DNA of 64,000 bases from Octopus sinensis (taxonomy: Eukaryota). The notes beneath the pieces were generated by a model. The model ran no database searches. It saw only the letters and a list, made by a program, of their open reading frames with translations, and had not been told where the DNA came from. Where the stretch lies: assembly GCF_006345805.1 (NCBI RefSeq), contig NC_043017.1, positions 11,718,001-11,782,000 on the forward strand. Direction: 5' to 3'. Positions 52,721-64,000 of the stretch are shown piece by piece; the stretch's first letter is position 1, and every line of letters begins with the position of its first letter. A program made the translations under genes and the position numbers.

Positions 52721-52773
<53 letters not shown>

Positions 52774-53508
52774 GTACACACACACACACACACACACACA
52801 CGCATAAATAACTATGCATATGTGTATCAGCAAACCAATTTCATATATCCCCCTCCTCTCTAATATTCCTTTCTTTCTTCTTCTTTGCCACATTTTAAAA
52901 ATCTTATCCCACATTCCTTTAAAGCTTATTTTCTTTGCATTCACCTTCTCTATATTTCATCTGTTTATCAACAAACACACACACACATTCTGTCGTCCTC
53001 TCCTTCGCAGTTACGCTCTCCTTTCTGTATTGATTTTTCTCCCCACAAAACACTTTTTTTATTTTCCCTAATACATACATACATATATACATATCTGTGT
53101 GTGTGTGTTTACCAAACCTTCCCTCTTTCTCTCTGCATTTCTTCATCTTCCTTCTCATATTTTGTATTCAATTTTTTAAAAACTTTTTCTTTTCTCTCTC
53201 AATAGTTCTTTCACGCTCCTTCAAATACGTCTTTCTTTTAGTCTTTTTCCTTCTACCCTTTTCCCCCCTCTCCCTCTCTCTCTTACTTATTCTCACATAT
53301 TTTCTCTTTATTATCTTTCACTTTCTCTTCCTCTTTCCATCTCCAGTTCCCGATTTTTTTTTATTCATTTATTGCCTCTTGTCTCTCTCCCATACAATTT
53401 TTTCCCTTCATACTGTATTCCACATATGCAAACACACACCGCAATTTCACACATATGCGCCTATAAATATTATAAAATTTATCATCATCATCATCATTAT
53501 TATTATCA

Positions 53509-53547
<39 letters not shown>

Positions 53548-53664
53548 GATTATTATTTTTATTTTTATTATTACTATTGTTATGTTTATATACTTATTGC
53601 TTTCTTTTTAAATATAAACTAAAAGAAAGACCACAACCTCAGAAAAGAATTAAGGGCAGAAAGA

Positions 53665-53711
<47 letters not shown>

Positions 53712-53779
53712 TTTGTCCATCTGTATATATATATAAATGGAAATATATATGAATATATATGTAATATGTAGTATACATG

Positions 53780-53840
<61 letters not shown>

Positions 53841-54418
53841 CATATATACACACATATGTATATATTTATATACATATATACACACATATGTATATTTATA
53901 TATATGGGTATATATATATGTACACATGTATATTTATATATATTTGTGTGTTTATATGATTTCTTCTGGTACATGAAGATATTTTTGAAATTCATCTTTC
54001 ATATTGTGTAATCTTTCTCTCCATTCAAGAGTTTCTTGCTTTATCTCCAGAAGGCTTTATCTTTATACCTTGCCTTCATTAGAGAGGTTCCGTGATATTA
54101 GTGGGCGCGGTGGCAGCAGAGAGGGCCAGTGTTTGATGGTGTGTGTGTGTGTAGTGGAGGAGGGCTGGCAGCCAGCGCCAGGAAGCAACATCGCAAACAG
54201 CAGTGCCTGCCAGTCAATACTCATGTAAACTTTTCATGCTGTCAATGAAAGATGCACAAATGATAAATAAGCTTTTTGTTAGATTAAAGGTTATTTTTAC
54301 GATGTTCTTCAAGAACTCGAAAGAGCAATAAAGAAGAATATCTAAATATCTGAATACACATACACACATGTATGTATGTATGTATGTATGTATGTATGTA
54401 TGTATGTATGTATGTGTG

Positions 54419-54476
<58 letters not shown>

Positions 54477-55098
54477 ATGTAATAAGAAAAATAATAAGAT
54501 TATTAATACCACCTACACCACCACTACCCCCCCCCCCTACCACCATCATTATCATCGTCATCATCATCATCATCATCATCATCATAATAGCAAAAATAAT
54601 AATGGTAGTAATAATATTGATAAAATTGCAATAGCAACAATACTGATGGTGATGATGATGATGATGATAATGATAGTATCAACAACAACAACAATGATGA
54701 TGATGATGATGATGTTGATGATGATAATAATGATATTCAAACTTCCATGTATCACATTCATACCGAATGATATTTAAACGGCACAAAATTTATGCTTGTT
54801 AGTTTTTCTTTATGATACGTTTAAATTTTTTTTCTCTTATTTCTGTCCATTTTTATTTTTGCTTTATTTCCTTATCACTATCAACATCACTACCATCATC
54901 ATCAGGAGCAGTATCTCCTTCATCTTCATCAGCATCATCAGCATCATCGTCATGATCACCAACATTGCTATCATCATTACCACCATGATGATGATCATCA
55001 TGATCCTCATCCCCTTCATAGACATCACTACCACTTTCACAACTATCATCATCATTAACATTGATATTCTCAGCCTCATCATCAGCTTATATGGATAG

Positions 55099-55130
<32 letters not shown>

Positions 55131-55724
55131 CACACATACACACACACACACTCAAATACACGCACACACCAAATACACATGTATACATATACATGTATAA
55201 AATAATTGCAGACATCACTGTTTGTGCATGTGTGTGTATAAACTGAGTATGTTGACATAAATATATTTACACTAATATGTAAACATATATTATATTCACA
55301 CCTGTATATATGCACACACATACATACATACACACATCCATAAACATATGCATTTCTATGCAAGTGTCTGTTCTACAACTCATAGACACACATCTACAGC
55401 GAACACGTGTATGAACTCATGCACATATACACACAGATACATAGAAGCACATACAGAAACAAATACATTAGGTCAGGCATACACCCGTATACATACAGAA
55501 ATTTCCAATTTCACACATATGCATATGCATACAAACACTTGTATGAAACATGCATAAACGAATACATACACACATGCATATATACACACGCACAAACATG
55601 CACACACACACACACATATATACCTTTACTGTGCAAGATCTCATAGATATATTAGAAAAGATACCTGTGTACAGACATTTACACAGACACACACAACACA
55701 CACACACATACAGACACATAACAA

Positions 55725-55793
<69 letters not shown>

Positions 55794-55794
55794 C

Positions 55795-55825
<31 letters not shown>

Positions 55826-56208
55826 ATACAATATATATATACATATATACATATATATACACACACACATATACATATATATACACACATACACATACTA
55901 TATATAGATTGTGTGTGTCATATATATATATATATATACTGAACCACACTTACACAAAGATCCTACAACTGTACACATGTCTTTACAGATTACAGCATGC
56001 ACCAACATCAAGTTATGAACACACCACATAGACGTGTGTATACAAACACACACATACACACACCTGCATGCACACACGCATGCACACCCGCACACACACA
56101 CATCCATACCCCTGTTGAACATACACTCAACATGCATACTTATATACTTGCACAGAAGCACACACACAATGATACTAGAAGAACTCATACCCATGCGCAA
56201 CATATTGT

Positions 56209-56258
<50 letters not shown>

Positions 56259-56738
56259 CCATGCACAGACATTTATGGAACATACACCCAACATGTACTC
56301 TCATACACTGATGCAAAAACATGCACCACACAGCAGAAGAGGAATCATGCAGAAGGTATGCAATAAGGAGACGCTAAAAGACAGATAGAAAATTAGAGTG
56401 AAATTACAGCATAGAGAGCTGAAGATATTGAACCAAAGACTCAGTGGGTTGGTTCATAGAGTGGAGGTGTTTCTTCATAGCAGTATGATTGAAGAGGGTA
56501 CTTTCAGTCAGGAATAACATTAAAATATGGCATGGCTTTCAATACATGCATACGGACATATATAAATGCATAAAGAGAGAGAGAGAGAGAGAGAGATGAG
56601 GAGAAAGAGAGAAGAGCAGAAAAGCAGGTACACATGCTCCTCTGTGTGTGTGTGTGTGTGTGTATTATATATATATATATATATCATAATAGATATATAT
56701 ATATATATATATGAATATATATATATATATATATAATA

Positions 56739-56781
<43 letters not shown>

Positions 56782-56783
56782 GA

Positions 56784-56816
<33 letters not shown>

Positions 56817-57134
56817 ATATATGATATATATATAATATATATATATATATATTCATATATATATGACATACATACGCACATATGTTTAAGTTCTTATAAA
56901 AATCAAGTCACTTTCTATTTTCTCTTGTTTCTTTTTTGATGTTTTTCTTTTGGATAATTACATAGTTTATTCCATAAAACTACATTCTCAGCCACTCCCC
57001 AGTCACCCCCCCCCTACCTCATCCATTTCTAATCTGTGCTATAACTATGTTATATATGACGACTCCACCACAGAACCTCTAACCAGATGAAACTGCTCTC
57101 TAACCACACTGTACATTTAATATATACATACATA

Positions 57135-57465
57135 CAAATACACTGGTACTCCATTGGCTATGACGATGAATGCTCCAGTTGATCTGCTCAATGGAACAGC
57201 CTGCTTCTGAAATTAAAGTGCAAGTGGCTGAGTGCTCCACGGACATGTGTACCCATATTGTAGTTCTCAGGGAGATTCAGCTTGACACAGAGTGTGACAA
57301 GGCTGGCCCTTTGAAATACAGGTACAACTCTATTTTGCCAGCTGAATGAACTAGAGTAATGTGAAATAAAGTGTCTTGCTCTCGGACACAGTGTGTCGCC
57401 AGGAATCGAACTCATGTCCTTATGATCATGAGCTGAATACTCTAACCACTAAGTCATGCACCTTC
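57135..57465 (-). mobile_element. tRNA-derived SINE (family E)
   Basis: Minus-strand head with TAGTGGTTAGAGT and GAGTTCGATTCC boxes; central GAGCAAGACACTTTATTTCAC domain. Confidence 0.75.
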
Positions 57466-57479
57466 ACAATAAATACATA

Positions 57480-57693
57480 TTTTCTCTTTTACTTGTTTCA
57501 GTCATCTGACTGCAGCCATGCTGGAGCATTGCCTTAACGGATTCTGGTTGAAGAAGTTGACTCCAAGACTTATTCTTTGTAAGCCTAGTACTTATTCTAT
57601 CAGTCTCTTTTGCTGAACTGCTAAGTTTATGGGGGACATGAACACACCAGCATTTGTTGTCAAGTGATGGCGAGGAGAACACATGCATGCACA

Positions 57694-57731
<38 letters not shown>

Positions 57732-57900
57732 GTATATACATATACGACTGACATCTTCCAGTTTCTGTCTACTAAATCCACTCACAAGGCTTTAGTTGAC
57801 CCAAGGCCACAGTAGAAGACATTTGCCCAAGGTGCCACGCAGTGGGACTGAACACGGAACCATGTGATTGGGAAGCCTGCTTCTTACCACACACCCACGT
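57480..57900 (-). mobile_element. SINE family A, diverged
   Basis: Reverse complement of the consensus with many transitions. Confidence 0.85.
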
Positions 57901-58150
57901 CTGCACACACACACACAGAGTAATGTCTGTTGCCACTTTTACATGGCTGTTCTATTTAGAATAAATGTTACTACATGCTAATCCCAGAAAAACATCTTTT
58001 CCCACTGGTTAACAACAAACAACCTGTGTCTCTTTATAGGTTGTGTGTCTGGGGTGGACATGTAGTAACATTTATTCTGCATAGAGGAGCCATGAAAAAG
58101 TGACAACAGACATTACTATTTAGTACTGTTACTATATGCTATCACGCTTC

Positions 58151-58444
58151 AGGACCAGTTACTGCAACAGCCTGGGTTTCAAGGGCCCACAGCTTTTTTT
58201 AATATTCTCCCAAAGAGTCTGAGGAACTTGCACAAAGTAGATGTAGGGGTTTTTAAATCAAAGCTGGACCTCTTCCTGTCGAGAGTCCCAGATGAACCTA
58301 CCTCACGGCAAGAGGTGCAAATGAGGGTAGCTATATCAAACTCCATTCTTCACCAAGTGCCACATATTAGAGGAGGCTCTTAGTAATAACAGTGTAGCAC
58401 AAAACGGCGGTGCATAAGCATGGCTGCAGCTCTGAGCTGAAATG
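58151..58444 (+). mobile_element. CR1/L2-like LINE 3' end whose tail matches the SINE A tail
   Basis: Encodes RTSYCNSLGFKGPQLF/NILPKSLRNLHKVDVGVFKSKLDLFLSRVPDEP..SNSILHQ..GGS*. The UTR ends GGCGGTGCATAAGCATGGCTGCAGCTCTGAGCTGAAA. Confidence 0.8.
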
Positions 58445-58470
58445 AAAAAAAAAAAATATATATATATATA

Positions 58471-58635
58471 GGCGCAGGAGTGGCTGTATGGTAAGTAGCT
58501 TGCTAACCAACCACATGGTTTCAGGTTCAGTTCCATTGCGTGGCATCTTGGGCAAGTGTCTTCTGCTATAGCCCCGGGCTGACCAATGCCTTGTGAGTGG
58601 ATTTGGTAGACGGAAACTGAAAGAAGCCTGTCGTA

Positions 58636-58693
<58 letters not shown>

Positions 58694-58936
58694 TATATAT
58701 ATATATGTATGTATGTGTGTTGTATGTGTTTGTGTGTCTGTGTTTGTTCCCCTAGCATTGCTTGACAACCGATGCTGGTGTGTTTATGTCCCTGTTACTT
58801 AGCGGTTCGGCAAAAGAGACCGGTAGAATAAGTACTGGGCTTACAAAGAATAAGTCCCGGGGTCGATTTGCTCGACTAAAGACGGTGCTCCAGCATGGCC
58901 ACAGTCAAATGACTGAAACAAGTAAAAGAGTAAAGA

Positions 58937-58938
<2 letters not shown>
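58471..58938 (+). mobile_element. SINE family A, full length
   Basis: Consensus match. Confidence 0.92.
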
Positions 58939-58971
<33 letters not shown>

Positions 58972-60029
58972 AATACACATACATATACATGCACTGGAAA
59001 GCACTCGCTTCTGAACAGCAGTGATGCTGCTACCAGGAAATGTCTTGGTACTTCTGATATACTCTGTATCATCTGTAATGTTCCTGAGCACTTTGATCTA
59101 AATTTCGTGTGGCTAAACACACACACACACACACAAATGTGGATCCCATTTTACTTTATGGTAATTGCAATTGTTCAACAAAAGTCATCCAACTCATGCA
59201 AACATGAAAAAAAAAAACTGATGTGAAATATAGATAAAGAAGGGAAAATATTACTGGAAAATTTATGATGCGATAAAAAAAAATGACAATCTGATAAAAG
59301 GGCATTTCTATCCCATTAGGTATATCTAAGATGATGTGACCCAGATCAGTGAAAATTACAAGCCTCCAATTGTCAGGTTTTTTTCTTTCTCAACTAAAGA
59401 TGTTAGCTTCTAAATTACGTTAAAGCACGGATAAATTTGCTCTCATATACATAATTAATTATTTTAATTACGTAATTGTGATTGCATAATTTAACTTTCA
59501 TCATGGTTTTTAAAATTTATTAAACATTAAAGAAATAATTCTATAGTGTATTTTAGTTTTGTTATTTTATTTTTGGTAGTTGATTATTAGATCAAACTGA
59601 TCAATATCTTATGTTAAATTGAAAATTGTGATCCACTTCAACTTTTATGTCAAATGATAGGAACTGTGAGGAAATAAAAATAGTGAATTGACCAAAGTAT
59701 TTTGGTGCCAAAAAGTAGCGAGAATTGGTTAGAAGAAGAAATTACATTAAAGAAAAAAAAAAAAAAGAAAGAATTATAATTTGAAACAAATGCATAACAA
59801 CTGCTGAAGTGGATGACTAAAAATTTAAAATAAACACAAGGCCACACAATCTTCTGTTTTTTGTTTGTTTTTCTTTGGCAAATGTAAACGACAATAATGA
59901 TGAGAACGGGAAGAAAGAATGGTTGGAACCAATCCAGGGACTTGTTTCATTTGTTTCTTATAAATTGATTCCTAAAGAAAGAAAGACAAAGTTGATTCAT
60001 GCAGGATTTGAATTTTTTTTTTTTTTTTT

Positions 60030-60400
60030 TTTTACTTGTTTCAGTCATTTGACTGTGGCCATGCTGGAGCACCGCCTTCAGCCGAGCGAATCGACCCCAA
60101 GACTTATTCTTTGTAAGCCCAGTACTTATTCTATCGGTCTCTTTTGCCGAACCGCTAAGTGACGGAGACGTAAACACACCAGCATCGGTTGTCAAGCAAT
60201 GCTAGGGGGACAAACCCAGACACACAAATATATACACACACATACACACATATATATATATACATATATACACATATACGACAGGCTTCTTTCAGTTTCC
60301 GCCTACCAAATCCACTCACAAGGCATTGGTCGGCCCGGGGCTATAGCATAAGACACTTGCCCAAGATGCCACGCAGTGGGACTGAACCCGGAACCATGTC
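60030..60400 (-). mobile_element. SINE family A, 5'-truncated
   Basis: The match stops at GGAACCATGT. Confidence 0.9.
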
Positions 60401-60837
60401 TATCTTTTATTTATTTCTTTCTATCATTAGATGGTGACCATGCTGGAACGCCATCATGAAAGTTTTGGTTGGACAAGTAAGTACTTATTCTGTTAATTTC
60501 ACTAATTGCCTAGTAGTGATGTTAACTATTACTTTCTCAGATGCAGCATGGAATTTTGTCAGTGAACAGGTCGCGGTCTCAAAGCAGTGAAAATATTTTG
60601 GCAAGTTAAATTTAAATGTTGAAGTGAATCTGACAGTTTTGTGTGTTTTAAATGGCTTATAAACACCTTCCATGCTGTAATTTAGAAAAATAAAGATTAT
60701 TGATATGGACAAAAGCAAGAAACTGGCAGAGTTGTTAGGGAATCAAATATATAAGCACCCCACAAGACTTGTCTGTGTGAATTTCAAACTCCTCTCAAAC
60801 TTTCAAAAGTCCAAAGTATATGAAATTCTGACACATA

Positions 60838-61261
60838 GGTGTAGGAGTGACTGTGTGGTAAGTAGCTTGCTAACCAACCACATGGTTCTGGGTTCAGTCC
60901 CACTGCGTGGCATCTTGGGCAAGTGTCTTCTGCTATAGCCCCGGGCCGACCAATGCCTTGTGAGTGGATTTGGTAGACGGAAACTGAAAGAAGCCTGTCA
61001 TATATATGTATATATATGTATATGTGTGTGTGTGGTGTGTTTGTGTGTCTGTGTTTGTCTCCTTAGCATTGCTTGACAACCGATGCTGGTGTGTTTACGT
61101 CCCCGTCACTTAGCGGTTCGGCAAAAAGACCGATAGAATAAGTACTGGGCTTACAAAGAATAAGTCCCGGGGTCGATTTGCTCGACTAAAAAAAGGCGGT
61201 GCTCCAGCATGGCCGCAGTCAAATGACTGAAACAAGTAAAAGAGTAAAGAGTAAAAAGAGT
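60838..61261 (+). mobile_element. SINE family A, full length
   Basis: Consensus match. Confidence 0.92.
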
Positions 61262-61730
61262 ATGAATCTCAAACTGTATACACAAATATTATTTCAGTTT
61301 TACACATACAGACCTACAAGAGATAAAAGGCAAGTCTTGTAGACTGCCTGTTGTACCTTGCAGAACATTTCCCAGCTCTCTAAAGACTGACTAAATCTTG
61401 CAAAGACCACCCTTACTTTTGAGTTACCTCTGTGTCAACTCTTACTTTTTAAAATTTTTTTTATTTTTCCAGGACTGAGCACTAACAGGTTGAATTATGT
61501 ATATGTAGCATAGGTCCTCTCAGAGTTGGCCAGGAAGGGGCAGGGAAAGGAGTACAGGATTACCCAGAAGTAACCTAAATATATCAATGACATAACAGTA
61601 GTAAAATTAGCAATGGGAGCCTGGTGTTGCCAATGCGAATGGAACAAACAAAAAAAGAAAAAAGCCATTAACAAATTCGCTTTTGCATCTGGCTTGCAAG
61701 ATTCCTGAAGTGAATTTGTGTGTTGAAACA

Positions 61731-62007
61731 AATATTGCTGTGTCTGGAGAGAGTCATAGTGCCTTAATATAACATACTTACTGGTTCAATTTCCATTCAT
61801 TTATTCATTTATTCCACAAAGCTTTTTTGTCGCTGCTTTTGCAACTGTACCAATGCATTTTGACTCTGACTGCCAGAGTCAAAATCCATTGATACGGTCA
61901 CAAATGCAGTAATGTTAAAGCTTTCTGTAATAAATAAATGAGTGGAAATTGAACCAGTGAGTGTGTTATATTAAGGCACTATGACTCTCTCCAGACACAA
62001 CAATATT
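61731..62007. mobile_element. MITE with ~70-bp TIRs (superfamily unassigned)
   Basis: AATATTG(C/T)TGTGTCTGGAGAGAGTCATAGTGCCTTAATATAAC...CTGGTTCAATTTCC is mirrored at ~61945-62007. Confidence 0.8.
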
Positions 62008-62048
62008 GATAAATTAACCAATGGAAAAGGATGAAAATTTTAATGAAA

Positions 62049-62450
62049 CAGGAGTGGCTGTGTGGTAAATAGCCTGCTTACCAACCACATGGTTCCGGGT
62101 TCAGTCCCACTGCGTGGCACTTTGGGAAAGTGTCTTCTACTATAGCCTCGGGCCAACCAAAGCCTTGTGAGTGGATTTGGTAGACGGAAACTGAAAGAAG
62201 CCTGTCGTATATATATATATGGATATGTATGTGTGTGTGTGTGTGTTTGTGTGTCTCTGTTTGTCCCCCCAACATTGCTTGACAACCGATGCTGGTATGT
62301 TTACGTCCCCGTTACTTAGCGGTCGGCAAAAGAGACCGATAGAATAAGTACTAGGCTTACAAAGAATAAGACCTGGGGTCGATTTGCTCGACTAAAAGGC
62401 GGTGCTCCAGCATGGCTGCAGTCAAATAACTGAAACAAGTAAAAGAGAGA
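62049..62450 (+). mobile_element. SINE family A
   Basis: Consensus match. Confidence 0.9.
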
Positions 62451-63289
62451 AACATTTGATGATGTAATTAACAGACCAAAACAAGGCAGTCACAGAATTG
62501 ACCAAAGGAAAGGGATAAACAAGCACACAACCTCATAAAAATAGGATATGATGACATAATGTGTGTGTGTGAGGCTTTATGGTTAGAACATTGGGCTCAT
62601 AGTCATGAAGTAGTGAGTTCGATTCTTAGCTGGGCTGCATGTTGTATTCTTGAGCAAGAAACTTTATTTCACATCATTCCAGTTCACTCAGCTGTAGAAA
62701 TGAGTTGTGATGTCACTGGTGCCAAGCTGCATGCATGAGCTATCTGCTGGTCTTGCACAAACAACCTTGCCTGGACTCGTACCTTGCAGGAGAATTTTCT
62801 AGGTGCAATCTGAAATATAAGACCTTCTCCACCCTGATGACAGAGGCTCATCTCATCCAATATTAATTATATCCATACAACCACATATTGTGATGAACTA
62901 AATCTACCAAACTAAATCAACATTATTATGGAATGCTGAGCTCCCAGAAACACCTGTTGGGCTCATAACACCTTTCTTCCACCCCTTTTAATTTTCTCTG
63001 TCATTTGAGTAAGTTGGATCAATTATTATAAATATCTTTTTTATACATAACAATTCATCATCTGAAGGTTTCCACCTTTTGCTTCCTCTTGCTTTGCATG
63101 TATACATATATATTTTGGATTTGATGTATTTAATATTTTTTATATATTTGATGTGTCTAATTTGTTTTATCTGCATAATTGCCTCTAAACCCGCTCAGCT
63201 TGATCCCTCTTATAGCCGTTCTTTAACCTTGTGGAATCGATCCCCTGTAAAGACATCGATGTCTAAGCTTGTATCTTTTGGGTATTACT

Positions 63290-63570
63290 AAGTGTCTTCT
63301 ATATGGAGAACTTCTGAATCTCATCTGTGAACTCTAAATATCTATATGTTGATTTGCTAGCTTCTGCATGCATTTTTTTTCTCTCCTTGTTTCTCTTCGT
63401 GTTTCTTTTCTGTGTATCTTTCTGTTGAAGAGTGTAGGCTTGAAACGTAAAAGACTTGTTTTATTTATATTCCTGAGCGCCATACTAATACAATTGTTTG
63501 TTTGTATTCCACCTGCCTTCGTCTTTTGTTTATTTTCATAAAGCTTCCCATTATATCTATATCTATATAT
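63290..63570 (+). mobile_element. Penelope-like terminal fragment; hammerhead-like motif at 63417-63454
   Basis: UCUUU-CUGUUGA-A-GAGU-GUAG-GCUU-GAAA-CG-UA-AAAGA with a 5-bp stem I. Ends in a TA-rich tract. Confidence 0.65.
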
Positions 63571-64000
63571 AACTTGTAATGCTTTTATATTCCACCAATT
63601 AAAACAACTATTTTTTTTTTGTTCTTTGAAAAGAACACCTGGTTAATGGAAATCAACCAACTTTGATGCCAGGAATGCAGTATATGAGGATTCCAAAGAA
63701 GCATTTCTCAATATTTAGTTATGTGACAGTACTTAACACCTATTTTATGTTGGTATATAACCATGTCAGTTTCAGATAGTACAAATACTATAAGTGTAAT
63801 TGATATGTTCACAAACATACGACAATAGCAATTACAGTATAACAACTTCATGATAATCTAATCACATCTGTTGAAGATAGTAGAGATATCTTCTGTATCT
63901 TGCTAACATGGTTAATAATCATATTTTATAATGACATAATGATGTCAATTTAGCTTAGCATTAACTGACTACTTCATTTCATGATGGCATAATCATGTAT

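Noticed and set aside
54103-54115. GGGCGCGGTGGC resembling the 7SL/Alu 5' end
   Set aside because: The match is only 12 bp, with no downstream similarity.
60541-60590. Acceptor-like TACTTTCTCAG followed by a short open frame
   Set aside because: The donor (GTCGCG) is weak, a stop follows quickly, and nothing else supports it.

Overview
AT-rich, extremely repeat-dense animal DNA. The SINE families, Penelope-like fragments and (TA)n/(CA)n/(TACA)n load look like an Octopus genome; this is inferred from repeat recognition, not a database search. I find no intact host protein-coding gene, and nearly all long ORFs in the track are microsatellite or SINE read-through. The window holds about 20 copies of one tRNA-derived SINE plus several other SINE families, and LINE relics (CR1/L2-like, R4/Dong-like, L1/Tx1-like, I/Vingi-like). 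It also holds Penelope-like termini with minimal hammerhead ribozyme motifs, Tc1/mariner, hAT, Merlin and Helentron-type DNA elements, local tandem duplications and a 100-N gap. The two most unusual items are a decayed Merlin (IS1595/ISXO2-like) transposon with ~1.74-kb inverted arms that overlap its own transposase (2936-8176), and an unexplained ~420-bp GC-rich insert with 42-bp terminal direct repeats, each followed by a hairpin (29772-30195).
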